Shown here: positions 18,067 to 26,186 of the stretch, piece by piece | Position numbering within the stretch: the first letter of the stretch is position 1 | Layout of the letters: every line of letters begins with the position of its first letter | Source: Hyalangium minutum | GTDB lineage: Bacteria > Myxococcota > Myxococcia > Myxococcales > Myxococcaceae | DNA length: 64,000 bases | NCBI RefSeq assembly: GCF_000737315.1 | Contig: NZ_JMCB01000024.1 | Coordinates: 92,604 to 156,603, forward strand | Direction of reading: 5' to 3' | Position numbers and translations under genes: made by a program | Notes under the pieces: generated by a model | The model's database searches: none | What the model was told of the DNA's origin: nothing | The model's input: only the letters and a program-made list of their open reading frames with translations

Positions 18067-18903
18067 TCAAGGAGAGGGAAGCGGAGGCGGGGGAGAGACC
18101 CGTTCCCCCGCCCCGAGCCCGGCGAGGAAGCGCTCCAGGTGCTCCACCACCACCTCGGGCACCTCCAGCGTGGGGAAGTGGCTGCGCGCGTCCAGCCTCA
18201 CCCCCTGGAACCAGGGGTGGTCCGCGGCAAAGGATTGCTGAGCCATCTCATACGCCGGATCCGCAGGCTGCGCGTACAGGTGCATCACCGGCACGGGAGG
18301 CACCAGGGCGGAGAGCGCACGGAGAGGATAGGTCTGCTGCGCATAGGCGTTGGCGATCTCCCAGCCGGAGCGATGCCACATCTCTGCGCCGAACGAGCCC
18401 ATGTCCTCGCGGACGAAGCGGATGACCTCCTCCGAGTCGACTCCCTCCAGCCACATGCGGAAGAACTCGTCGCGGCTTCCCTTCCACGCCGAGGACTGGA
18501 TTCCCTTCAGTGCCTCCAGGAAGGCGCGGGGAGGCTCGAGGACGAGCCAGTCCAGCAAGACCAGCCCCGGGACTCGCTCCCCGAGCCGCCGCCGGAGCTC
18601 CACGGCAAACCACCCCGCGTGGGACAGCGCGACGGGAACCACCTGCCGGGCGCCGCTGGCCTGCACCAGCACCAGGGCATCGTCCACGACGGTGTCGCTG
18701 GTGAAGTCTCCGTCCCCCTGCTCGGACTCGCCGTGCCCGCGCAGGTCCATGGAGAGCACCCGGTGGCGCGCCCTCATCCGGGAAGTGACGGGGCCGAACA
18801 CAGCGCGGCGGGAGCACCAGCCAGGCAGGAAGAGCAGCGCAGGCTCCCCCTGTCCCCCATCGTCGTAGCGAATGCGAGCCCCTCGCGAGCGAACCTCCGG
18901 CAT
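18067..18903 (-). CDS. Alpha/beta-hydrolase-fold protein, Hod/Qdo/AqdC-like cofactor-less dioxygenase
   Basis: LFLPGWC, PVALSHAGWFAVEL, LLDWL, WHRSGWEIANAY, HLYAQP, SHFPTLEVP. Confidence 0.75.
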   Translation of the reverse strand: MPEVRSRGARIRYDDGGQGEPALLFLPGWCSRRAVFGPVTSRMRARHRVLSMDLRGHGESEQGDGDFTSDTVVDDALVLVQASGARQVVPVALSHAGWFAVELRRRLGERVPGLVLLDWLVLEPPRAFLEALKGIQSSAWKGSRDEFFRMWLEGVDSEEVIRFVREDMGSFGAEMWHRSGWEIANAYAQQTYPLRALSALVPPVPVMHLYAQPADPAYEMAQQSFAADHPWFQGVRLDARSHFPTLEVPEVVVEHLERFLAGLGAGERVSPPPPLPSP

Positions 18904-19027
18904 GGCGACCCTTTCTGCCCACAGGTGGCGCTAACAAGCTGGATACGAGCTGTCCGCCATGCACCATCCGGGCGAAGCGCTCGCTTCCAGAACGCTCGCT
19001 GCTCGCCCCCGGGGGCTCACCCACCGC

Positions 19028-19540
19028 TCAGTCGCTGGTCACGAGCAGCGGAGCTGAGAGGGGACGCTCCTCGCAGTCGCGGGCGGTGCCGTCCTCCCAC
19101 GCCAGCATCAGAAAGTCCGCAGGCCCCTCGAGCGCGATGATGGGGTGATGCCAGACGCCCGCGTGGTAGTTGATCCCCTGCCCTGGGCCACACACGAACG
19201 CGCAGAGCTGCGAGAGCTCCGGCTCTCCCTGCGCGTCACTCGGGCACACGACGATGAGGAAGCGCTGGCACGCCACCGGCATGAACATCTGCGTCGAGCA
19301 CGGGTGGCGCTCGACGAGGCGCACCTCGAAGGGCAGCGCCTTGGCCACCGAGCGGAACACCGCCAGGTTCGGCTGTGCCTCCGGCCGGGTGCTGGCCAGT
19401 TGGGCTACCCGGTCATAGCGCCGGGCCGTGCCCTGGTTGGCGCTGGAGCCGCCCGCGCGCTCCACGCTGATGACATCGCCGAACGGCCCGAACGCCTCGC
19501 GCGTGAGGGGTTGCGCCCGGACTGGCTCCTGATTGTTCAT
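19028..19540 (-). CDS. allA: Ureidoglycolate lyase
   Basis: PLTREAFGPFGDVI, ERHPCSTQMF.P, GQGINYHAGVWHHP; start MNNQEP with GAGGA RBS. Confidence 0.88.
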   Translation of the reverse strand: MNNQEPVRAQPLTREAFGPFGDVISVERAGGSSANQGTARRYDRVAQLASTRPEAQPNLAVFRSVAKALPFEVRLVERHPCSTQMFMPVACQRFLIVVCPSDAQGEPELSQLCAFVCGPGQGINYHAGVWHHPIIALEGPADFLMLAWEDGTARDCEERPLSAPLLVTSD

Positions 19541-19658
19541 GATGGGGTGTCCTCGTTCTGCTGCCCGCGAATGCGTGGGAGAGCCTCCAGACACGCGAGT
19601 ATACGCCCCAGAAGGCCCCCTCAACTCGGGGGCTGGGGCGAAGCTCTCAGGTGGCAGT

Positions 19659-19682
19659 GGGTTCGATTCCCGCCGCCTCCAC
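19659..19682 (+). mobile_element. tmRNA (ssrA) 3'-end fragment, probable att core
   Basis: GGGTTCGATTCCCGCCGCCTCCAC (T-arm plus acceptor strand typical of tmRNA 3' ends); no 5' tmRNA body upstream; 15 nt from the integrase remnant. Confidence 0.7.
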
Positions 19683-19697
19683 TTTTTTAGTACGTCT

Positions 19698-20060
19698 TTA
19701 CGGATGGTTAGCGGCTTCCTCCATCCGTATTGCACGTATGTCGCATGCGGGCGCAAGCGGCAGGGGCCGGTCAAGAACACTGACCGCCTCTCGCCGCGTG
19801 TCGGGGCTCAGATGGGCGTAGCGCTCGGTCATCTCGATCGTGACGTGGCCCATCAGTTCCTGGTTCTCCCTGACGAAGCCCCGTCTTGAGCGCCACCAGA
19901 AGCAATGTCCGCCATTCCGGCTCGGCTGCATCGATCAACCGCTCGGCTTCCTCGAAGGTGAGGAAATCGAAGGTGGGTTTGGGCAGCTTCCCGAAGAGTC
20001 GCACGCGGGGAGCCTGCGGGATGACCCGCTGTTCCTCCGCAAGCGCCAGCAGCTTGCTCC
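19698..20060 (-). pseudogene. Tyrosine integrase remnant with internal deletion and frameshift
   Basis: ...APRVRLFGKLPKPTFDFLTFEEAERL...LKTGLRQGE joined out of frame to ELMGHVTIEMTERYAHL; HxxR region and N-terminus missing. Confidence 0.85.
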
Positions 20061-20061
20061 A

Positions 20062-20151
20062 GGCGGATGGCGCCAGCTCGGTCCCGGTGGCGCGCGGCGG
20101 ATGGCGCCAGCTCGGTTCGGGTGGCGCCCACGGCGGACAGCTCCAGCTCGG
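20062..20151 (+). repeat. Imperfect tandem repeat (34, 36 and partial units)
   Basis: GGCGGATGGCGCCAGCTCGG at 20062 and 20096; GGCGGACAGCTCCAGCTCGG at 20132. Confidence 0.8.
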
Positions 20152-20163
20152 CCCAGACCTCCT

Positions 20164-20922
20164 TCAGCCTGGAGTGACGCGCCCGCCGATCTCCGGGAAG
20201 CGCTCGTAGGTCCGCAAGAGCGCTTCTAGATGGGCGGGGTTGTCAAGATCGAGCGGTGCATCCGTGAGCTGCACCACCCACCCGCCCGACGCCGTGCGCC
20301 GCGCTCGCGTGAGCAGCTCGGCGTCGCGGGCCGGGTCCGGGAACCCGATCACTTGCGCGGCAGCGGCGGACCAGAAGTTCAGCCAACCAAGGGAATAGGG
20401 AATCTCTGGCGAGCGGATGTGGTCGAAGAGCTTCAGGGCGGGCAACCCCCGGCGTGGGGATGGCGGTCCTTCCAGCGTGGGTGCTGTCTGATACGCGATG
20501 TCCAGCGCAGCGGCATCCGGCGTGGCATGCCCCCAGAACGCGCGTGCGCCCTCCGCTACGCCCTCCAGCATCTCCGCCGCTGCCGCGATAACGGCCTCGT
20601 CTAGTGGCAACTTCGCATGAACGTGGAGTTGCGGCTGACCGCCCGGGCTGAGGATTGCTGGGCTCTGTCTCCCCGCAACCGTCACAGGGTAGCTCTCGTC
20701 GCCATTGCACAGGAGCGGGAGCTTTCCGCGTCTTGTCGCCTCAACGAGCCAAGCGTCGCGTTGCGGTAACTCGATGGGGCGCCCTCCTTCGCCCACTTCC
20801 CACTTCAGGCGCAAGCCGGGCAGCGCCCGTTCCATACCACTGACGACAGCAAGTGTGCGGCCGTCATTGGCCACGAGCGCTGGCGCGTAGACGGCCAGAA
20901 TGAGGCGATTTCGAGTGGTCAT
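20164..20922 (-). CDS. Immunity protein (DUF5953/Imm52-like) cognate to the upstream toxin
   Basis: MTTRNRL start overlaps the toxin stop (ATGA); LGWLNFWS..AAQVIGFPDP..D and GGWVVQLTDAPLDLDNPAHL motifs. Confidence 0.75.
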   Translation of the reverse strand: MTTRNRLILAVYAPALVANDGRTLAVVSGMERALPGLRLKWEVGEGGRPIELPQRDAWLVEATRRGKLPLLCNGDESYPVTVAGRQSPAILSPGGQPQLHVHAKLPLDEAVIAAAAEMLEGVAEGARAFWGHATPDAAALDIAYQTAPTLEGPPSPRRGLPALKLFDHIRSPEIPYSLGWLNFWSAAAAQVIGFPDPARDAELLTRARRTASGGWVVQLTDAPLDLDNPAHLEALLRTYERFPEIGGRVTPG

Positions 20923-21647
20923 CGTTTGCATCCCGTGACGACGATCTTGAGGGAGGGAAGGACCTTGAGCAGCGCGTCTTTGTGCTCTTGGGTGCTCACC
21001 CCAACAACGAAGTCGTATCCACAGGCCCGCGCAGCGGCAAGTTCCTCGGTCAGTTGCGCCACCTCCTTCTCAATCTCCTGCTCCTGGATAAAGTCAGGGT
21101 AGGTGTCAAATCGGTGGGTCTTGATCTCCCACAGCACACGCACGCCGACTTGCAGCGCATCGAAGCGCTCACCGCCCACGAATACGTCCATGCCGGGATA
21201 ACGGTTGGGCGGAAACTTATCGGCGCACTCGTTATGCGGGACATCCCCGCCCGCGTGCGGCACCAGGATGGGCTGGCACTCCGGGCGGCGCTCCAGCGTC
21301 ACTGGGGGAGGCGGGGCGCTCCTGTTCGCTCGGGGCCCCTCCGGTGCGGGGTTCGCCTCCGGATCCTGCGAGGCCCGAGGAGCGTCTCCGGCCCAAAGGC
21401 CCGGCTCCCGGGTGGGCGGCAAGACGCGCTTGTGCGGGCTCCGAGGTAGGGGCTGGGGGCGAACCTGCCCTGGCTGCCCGGGGGTGGGGAGGCCCGTGCC
21501 GGGCACAGCGGGTGGGCGTACGGGCGCCCAAGCGTAGGTCTCAGGCGCCTCTTGAGTCTCAGGCGCCTTTTGAGAAGTGGCGCACCCAGCGACGACTCCG
21601 GCAGCGGCAACGGCTTGGAGGAGTGCGCTGCACGTTCGGAAGTTCAT
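20919..21647 (-). CDS. Lipoprotein toxin with C-terminal REase-fold nuclease (DUF6310-like, SitA-type)
   Basis: Lipobox VVAGC; Pro-rich linker; FDAL...LWEIKT (PD-(D/E)xK) motif; CADKFPPNRYPG. Confidence 0.75.
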   Translation of the reverse strand: MNFRTCSALLQAVAAAGVVAGCATSQKAPETQEAPETYAWAPVRPPAVPGTGLPTPGQPGQVRPQPLPRSPHKRVLPPTREPGLWAGDAPRASQDPEANPAPEGPRANRSAPPPPVTLERRPECQPILVPHAGGDVPHNECADKFPPNRYPGMDVFVGGERFDALQVGVRVLWEIKTHRFDTYPDFIQEQEIEKEVAQLTEELAAARACGYDFVVGVSTQEHKDALLKVLPSLKIVVTGCKR

Positions 21648-21755
21648 TCCACGTCCTTTCACCGAAGAGAGGGCGGTGCGGGTCAAGGCTGGGCCACTTC
21701 CCCTCGGGAGTCTGCCAGCATGCGCTGACAGCTTGAGCCGGGGGCGCGCGCGTCT

Positions 21756-21771
21756 GACAGCTCCAGCTCGG
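21756..21771 (+). repeat. 16-bp direct repeat, second copy (first copy 20136-20151)
   Basis: GACAGCTCCAGCTCGG is identical at both positions, flanking the toxin-immunity pair. Confidence 0.8.
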
Positions 21772-21854
21772 GCCGGGGCACGGTGCAGGGCATGTGATCT
21801 GAAGGGGCGCAGGCGGTGTCCACCACGGTCGCTGGCAGCGTGGAGCGCGGTCAC

Positions 21855-21907
21855 TTGACGCGTCAGCCCTTCCGGTTGACACGTCAGCCCTTCGGTCGAC
21901 GTGTCAA
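21855..21907. promoter_or_regulatory. Three phased palindromic sites upstream of the toxin gene
   Basis: TTGACGCGTCAG 21855-21866, TTGACACGTCAG 21876-21887, TCGACGTGTCAA 21896-21907; spacing 21 and 20 bp. Confidence 0.65.
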
Positions 21908-21931
21908 AGCGCGTGCTTCGCATGGCCCGGT

Positions 21932-21960
21932 GCAGGCGGCGCTCACTCCACGCCGCCTGC
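21932..21960 (-). terminator. Hairpin downstream of the protease pair
   Basis: GCAGGCGGCG-N9-CGCCGCCTGC perfect 10-bp stem. Confidence 0.55.
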
Positions 21961-21986
21961 GTCCGTCAGACAGGGCCTACGGTGGC

Positions 21987-23207
21987 TTAATCACACAGCC
22001 ACGGACGGGTGTCGCAGATGGGCGGTTCACACTGCGTAGGGTCCATGTCGCAAGGATCCGGCGGGGTGTCGCCGTACTCTCCCCTCACGGTGATGAAGAC
22101 CTGCGGCGTGTAGTCGCCGAACCACTCGACGTTCTCCCGGAGCATTCGCCACTGGAAGGCGATGGTGCTCGTGTAGTCCAGGTTGGGCGCAACGGCCGTG
22201 AACTGGAACGTCTTGGTGCCGCCTGGCGCGATCAGATCGTAGAGGTCGAGCCCCACACGCCCGCCGGCACCCCAGCTGTTGTTGTCCTGAGGTGACTGCG
22301 AGCCGAGCCGATACTCCCGATCCGACGTCCACGCGGCAGCGCCGCTGTTGCGCAGGGTGATGGACACCGTGAACGGCTGCCCGGCCTGGACTTCCGTGGG
22401 AACCGACTGGCTCACGAAGGTCGCCGCATTGGTGGGCTGGATGTTCGAGTAGAACCAGTCGTGGAAGTAGCCCCCCGGGAGCTGGGTGCAGGACGGCGGC
22501 AGGGTCTGCCCCGCCACATAGGAGCATTCGATGGAGATGCCCGCGATGCAGCCCGGAAGGGACTGGAGCGGGCACTGCCAGTCAAAGACGCCACGCCAGA
22601 TGCTGGCGCCCCCCGAGTCGCCCTCCGCCAGTTGCTTCCCCGACGTGGGCCGCACCAGCAGGTAATGGGGGGCGTCCGCGTAGCCGTCGACCTTCAGCTC
22701 CGCATAGCGCAGCGTTCCGGCCCCCGTGCCATCCGGGGTGTTGTATCCATACCCGAACACCTGCAGGACATAGTCATCCAGCGACACCGCCGTGCCGCTG
22801 TAGACCGGCCGCAAGAACGAGTGGTCCGAGCTGAAGAGGGTGAAAGGCTCGGTCAACAGGATGATGGCCAGATCCTCGGTGGGGTGGAGGATGAACCTCC
22901 GAGGGCGGCGGGTCTCCGAGCCCATCTTGAGGCTGACCGTGTGCGGGTAGGTCAGGTCGTAGTTCGTGAGGCAGTGCTTCGCCGTGATGAGCCAATGGTT
23001 GGTGTGCAGCGTGGCCGTGCACTTTCCGTGGCTCGTCTGGAGCAGCGCGAAGCCTGAGTCCGCCGAATTCATATCGGTCCCATTGACGACGGCATCGCTC
23101 CGCTGCCCCAGGGCTGGCTGCGACTCCTGGGACTCCGAGGGGTTCTCTTCGCCGCAAGCCATGACGAGGCATGACAGCAGCAACAAGGACAGATGGACCC
23201 GGTGCAT
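21987..23207 (-). CDS. Trypsin-like S1 protease lipoprotein with C-terminal Ig-like (NBR1-Ig-like) domain
   Basis: Lipobox VMAC; TAKHC, EDLAII, GDSGG; C-terminal FVSQSVP...SITLRNSG...W...YRLGSQ. Confidence 0.85.
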   Translation of the reverse strand: MHRVHLSLLLLSCLVMACGEENPSESQESQPALGQRSDAVVNGTDMNSADSGFALLQTSHGKCTATLHTNHWLITAKHCLTNYDLTYPHTVSLKMGSETRRPRRFILHPTEDLAIILLTEPFTLFSSDHSFLRPVYSGTAVSLDDYVLQVFGYGYNTPDGTGAGTLRYAELKVDGYADAPHYLLVRPTSGKQLAEGDSGGASIWRGVFDWQCPLQSLPGCIAGISIECSYVAGQTLPPSCTQLPGGYFHDWFYSNIQPTNAATFVSQSVPTEVQAGQPFTVSITLRNSGAAAWTSDREYRLGSQSPQDNNSWGAGGRVGLDLYDLIAPGGTKTFQFTAVAPNLDYTSTIAFQWRMLRENVEWFGDYTPQVFITVRGEYGDTPPDPCDMDPTQCEPPICDTRPWLCD

Positions 23208-23236
23208 GTTCTTTCCTGTGCGGTTCGGGTGGCTCA

Positions 23237-24526
23237 TCACTGGGTCACGATCCACACGTCGTGGACGCTCAAGAGATCTTTGATATCGGGGTACACGATG
23301 CGGTAGCTGCAATCCGTCCGAGCCGAATCCGTGCAGGAGGCAGGGGCACCGCCCGGGTCTCCAGCGCTGATGGTCCCCTTCGCGACGACCATTCCCGCCG
23401 TGGAGGAGAGCGAGAAGACGGGGCCGCCGCTGTCGCCTGGACCGGCGGCGAACTCATGGGACTGCTCCTCGGCCTCGACCATGGGGCCATACCGGTAGGT
23501 GGTGATGTCGTTCCAGTAGATGCCGACGTTGGTCACCATGATGTTGCAGCGGGCGCCAGAGAAGGAGCCCGAGGTGCACACCCAGTTTCCCACGTAGTTC
23601 CTGCTGGCGCCGGCGACCCCCTTGGTGAACTCACCCACCCCGACGCCGCCATCGTAGATATCGCCAGACGCGGCGACAGCAATCCGGACGGTGTCATAGG
23701 GCTTGTTGTATGCCGTCGTGGACCCCATGACGTTGCCGACCCCCGTGTAGAAGGTGACGCCGTTGCCATGGGCGCAATGCCCCGCCGTGAGCATTCCCTG
23801 GCCGAAGAGGTTGCCCACCGCGAAGCCCGAGGAGCAGGAGACGGTGGAGTTCTTGATGCGAGCGCCTCCGAAATAGGGCGCCCAGTCGTCCAGGCGCGAG
23901 AAGTGGGCGAGAGGCCTGCCTTGCTCGAGCTTCAGATGGACCTTCTGATTGAAGATCGCCATCCGTGAGGCCTCCTCCACCGGCCCACTGATGCTCACGG
24001 ACAGGCCCGACCAGCCCGGAAGAGGAGCCACCTTGTACACCTGAACCCCCGGCGCGACGCCAGGCGCGAGAGCTTCATCGAAGATACGCTCCGCCTCGGC
24101 CCGCAGCTCGGCCTTCGAGTACGCGGCCTCGGCCTGCGCGATCTGGATGCCTTCCCGCGAGGTGAGCTGCTCCACGAGGTGGGCCACCTCGAGCGGAAGC
24201 TTCTGGCCAGCCTTCCAGTACAGCGTGACGAGCCGCTGGGGCACGTCGAGGGTGATTCCCGAGAACCCGCTCAGCCCACGAGCCTCGATGAGCTCGCTCA
24301 GCGCGTCCGCAGCCCGGGTCAGGGGTTCCTGCGCCGCCGCCAGCTCCGCCCACGAGGAGAAACCCCGCGGGGGAGAACTTTGCGGTTCCTGACTCGTCGC
24401 GCGAGGGACCCTGCTGTCCGCGGCTTCCGCCGCCGCACTCAGGATCATGGCTGCACAGGTCATGCTCGAGAGCAGCGCCGACACGAGCCGCGCTCGGGCG
24501 CCGCCGATGACACTCTGCTTCATCAT
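23237..24526 (-). CDS. Secreted S1 protease (streptogrisin/alpha-lytic-like) with propeptide
   Basis: Signal peptide, long pro-region, CSSGF, TAGHC, YD, VCTSG, GDSGGP. Confidence 0.88.
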   Translation of the reverse strand: MMKQSVIGGARARLVSALLSSMTCAAMILSAAAEAADSRVPRATSQEPQSSPPRGFSSWAELAAAQEPLTRAADALSELIEARGLSGFSGITLDVPQRLVTLYWKAGQKLPLEVAHLVEQLTSREGIQIAQAEAAYSKAELRAEAERIFDEALAPGVAPGVQVYKVAPLPGWSGLSVSISGPVEEASRMAIFNQKVHLKLEQGRPLAHFSRLDDWAPYFGGARIKNSTVSCSSGFAVGNLFGQGMLTAGHCAHGNGVTFYTGVGNVMGSTTAYNKPYDTVRIAVAASGDIYDGGVGVGEFTKGVAGASRNYVGNWVCTSGSFSGARCNIMVTNVGIYWNDITTYRYGPMVEAEEQSHEFAAGPGDSGGPVFSLSSTAGMVVAKGTISAGDPGGAPASCTDSARTDCSYRIVYPDIKDLLSVHDVWIVTQ

Positions 24527-24628
24527 TTTCTTCTTTCTCCTGCGGTGATCGTTCAAGGGTTGGATCTGCCTGGATGCACGCACCCAGCTGTGCAGCGAAG
24601 CTTGGTTGCTGCACGTGCCGGGGCGCAG

Positions 24629-24644
24629 AGCACCCGCCGTGCCA
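24629..24644 (-). promoter_or_regulatory. Sigma-54 promoter for the protease pair
   Basis: Minus strand TGGCACGGCGGGTGCT (TGGCACG-N4-nTGCT). Confidence 0.6.
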
Positions 24645-24834
24645 AGACCCGGAGCCTGGGGTGATGTCACCGAGATGCCTGGGGAGCGCTGGGAACGCAG
24701 CACAGGCCAGGAATCGTGCAGCAGGGTTGTGCGCGGAAGGGTTCCGCCGCAGATTCCGGCAACGGGGGCTGCGTGGAGAGACTACTCAGCTGCGTGTTCG
24801 CGACACGCTGGGCTGGAAGGCAGCCGCCCCAACC

Positions 24835-26160
24835 TCAGGAACGCCGCCCGAGGAACTGTGGATCGCTCCAGTCCCACAGCCGCTCGGGGTGGAAGTCCAG
24901 GTCCACCGGGGTGCTGTTCCACTGGTACACCTTGCGCGAGCTGGCACCGTGGATGTGGATGGCCAGGCTCACCAGCGCCAGCACCGCGAAGGTGGCCGTG
25001 AGCGGACGCCGCGCCCGCTCTCCGCTCCAACCCAGCTCGCGCACCACCGGCACCAGGAAGAAGAAGAGGTAGGGCACCATGTCCGTGAAGAAGCGCGGCC
25101 CATACGAGTGCCCTGCCCACCAGTGCGGAAAGGAGGAGATGGCCAGCCAGTGGAGGACGAAGGCCCCCAGCAGGAAGCCGTGCAGCCGCGTGAAGGTGCC
25201 CGCCCGGCGCTCCAGCACCAGCCCCCAGAAGCTCAGCAGCACCAGCGGCGTGAACACCAACAGCCCACGGGCCGGCGAGACGAGGTTGCCCGCGAGCGCC
25301 TCGGCGAAGAGCGCCAGGTTCGTCTCCAGCCGCTGCGAGTCGTAGTACGGCGCCAGCACCGAGCCGTAGTGGGCCAGGTTCAGCGCGCACCATGGCACCG
25401 CCACCACCAGGGCCCCCGTGCAGAACTTCACCGCCTGCCGCGGGTGCGTCCACAGCACGTACACGGACAGCAGCAGCACGGATACCCCGTTGGTGGGCCG
25501 CATGACGTACGACAGCGCGAGCGGCAGCCCCGCCCACCCCGCATAGCGCGGCTCCGCCCGCGCCTTCACCAGGCACAGCAGCACCCACGACAGGCACAGC
25601 ATGGAGGGCCCGTGCTGCCACAGGGCTCGGCTCGCCGTGGACAGCGCCGGTGTGCAGAAGACAAAGGCTGTGGAGAGCAGCAGCGCCCGGGGACGCGACA
25701 GCGTCTGTCTCCCCAGCGCGTACATCACCACCCCCGCCAGCGCTACCATCACCGAGGCGAACAAGCGCTGCGGATCATTCCAGTCCTCCAGCGGCAGCGC
25801 TCCCGTGGCGTCGTAGAGGGCCCGCCAGCGCGCCACCGGACGAGAGAAGGAAGGATGTACGTGGCCCAGGGGCTCGGCCAGGCGCGCGGCCCCGTCCGTG
25901 AGCGCTACCAGCGGTAGCGCCGCCAGCGAGGGCCCCAAGGGGAAGAAGTTGTAGAGGTGCCCCTCCCGCTCGTAGAGCCCGTGGCGGTACGTCTCGAAGG
26001 TGGGCGCGTACTCGTCCAGGTTGATGTTCCCCTCGCGCAGCAGGGAGACCGTGGTCGGCAGCGTCAGCTTCGAATCGAACGGCGTGTTGACGGGGAAGAG
26101 CGCCAGCAGCGTCAAGTAGACCGCGAACAGCAGCGCCCGCTCCCGGAGGATTGGCAGCAT
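24835..26160 (-). CDS. Multi-TM membrane protein, probable GT-C-fold glycosyltransferase
   Basis: Many TM helices; DS dipeptide in the first loop, ALWQHG, RPTN, SPARGLLVFTP, WWAGHSYGPRFFTD motifs. Confidence 0.6.
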   Translation of the reverse strand: MLPILRERALLFAVYLTLLALFPVNTPFDSKLTLPTTVSLLREGNINLDEYAPTFETYRHGLYEREGHLYNFFPLGPSLAALPLVALTDGAARLAEPLGHVHPSFSRPVARWRALYDATGALPLEDWNDPQRLFASVMVALAGVVMYALGRQTLSRPRALLLSTAFVFCTPALSTASRALWQHGPSMLCLSWVLLCLVKARAEPRYAGWAGLPLALSYVMRPTNGVSVLLLSVYVLWTHPRQAVKFCTGALVVAVPWCALNLAHYGSVLAPYYDSQRLETNLALFAEALAGNLVSPARGLLVFTPLVLLSFWGLVLERRAGTFTRLHGFLLGAFVLHWLAISSFPHWWAGHSYGPRFFTDMVPYLFFFLVPVVRELGWSGERARRPLTATFAVLALVSLAIHIHGASSRKVYQWNSTPVDLDFHPERLWDWSDPQFLGRRS

Positions 26161-26186
26161 GGCGGAGCCACATTATCCCGCCCGCC

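Noticed and set aside
19566-19655. Glycine-riboswitch-like sequence (GAATGCGTGGGAGAG...GAAGCTCTCAGG) with a strong internal hairpin (CGCCCCA/GCCCCC stems)
   Set aside because: The P2 pairing and the GCCGAAG core are missing, P1 cannot close, and there is no downstream gene on that strand. The minus strand has a TATACT -10-like box for allA here. An Infernal search with the glycine riboswitch model would settle it.
19300-19682. Complete tmRNA or tRNA-Sec gene
   Set aside because: Only the last 24 nt fit. The upstream span is allA coding sequence on the other strand, with no tmRNA 5' end or tag ORF, and no UCA anticodon arm.
20062-20151. Possible mini-CRISPR array
   Set aside because: Only 2-3 degenerate 20-nt units with 14-16 nt similar spacers, and no cas genes or leader.
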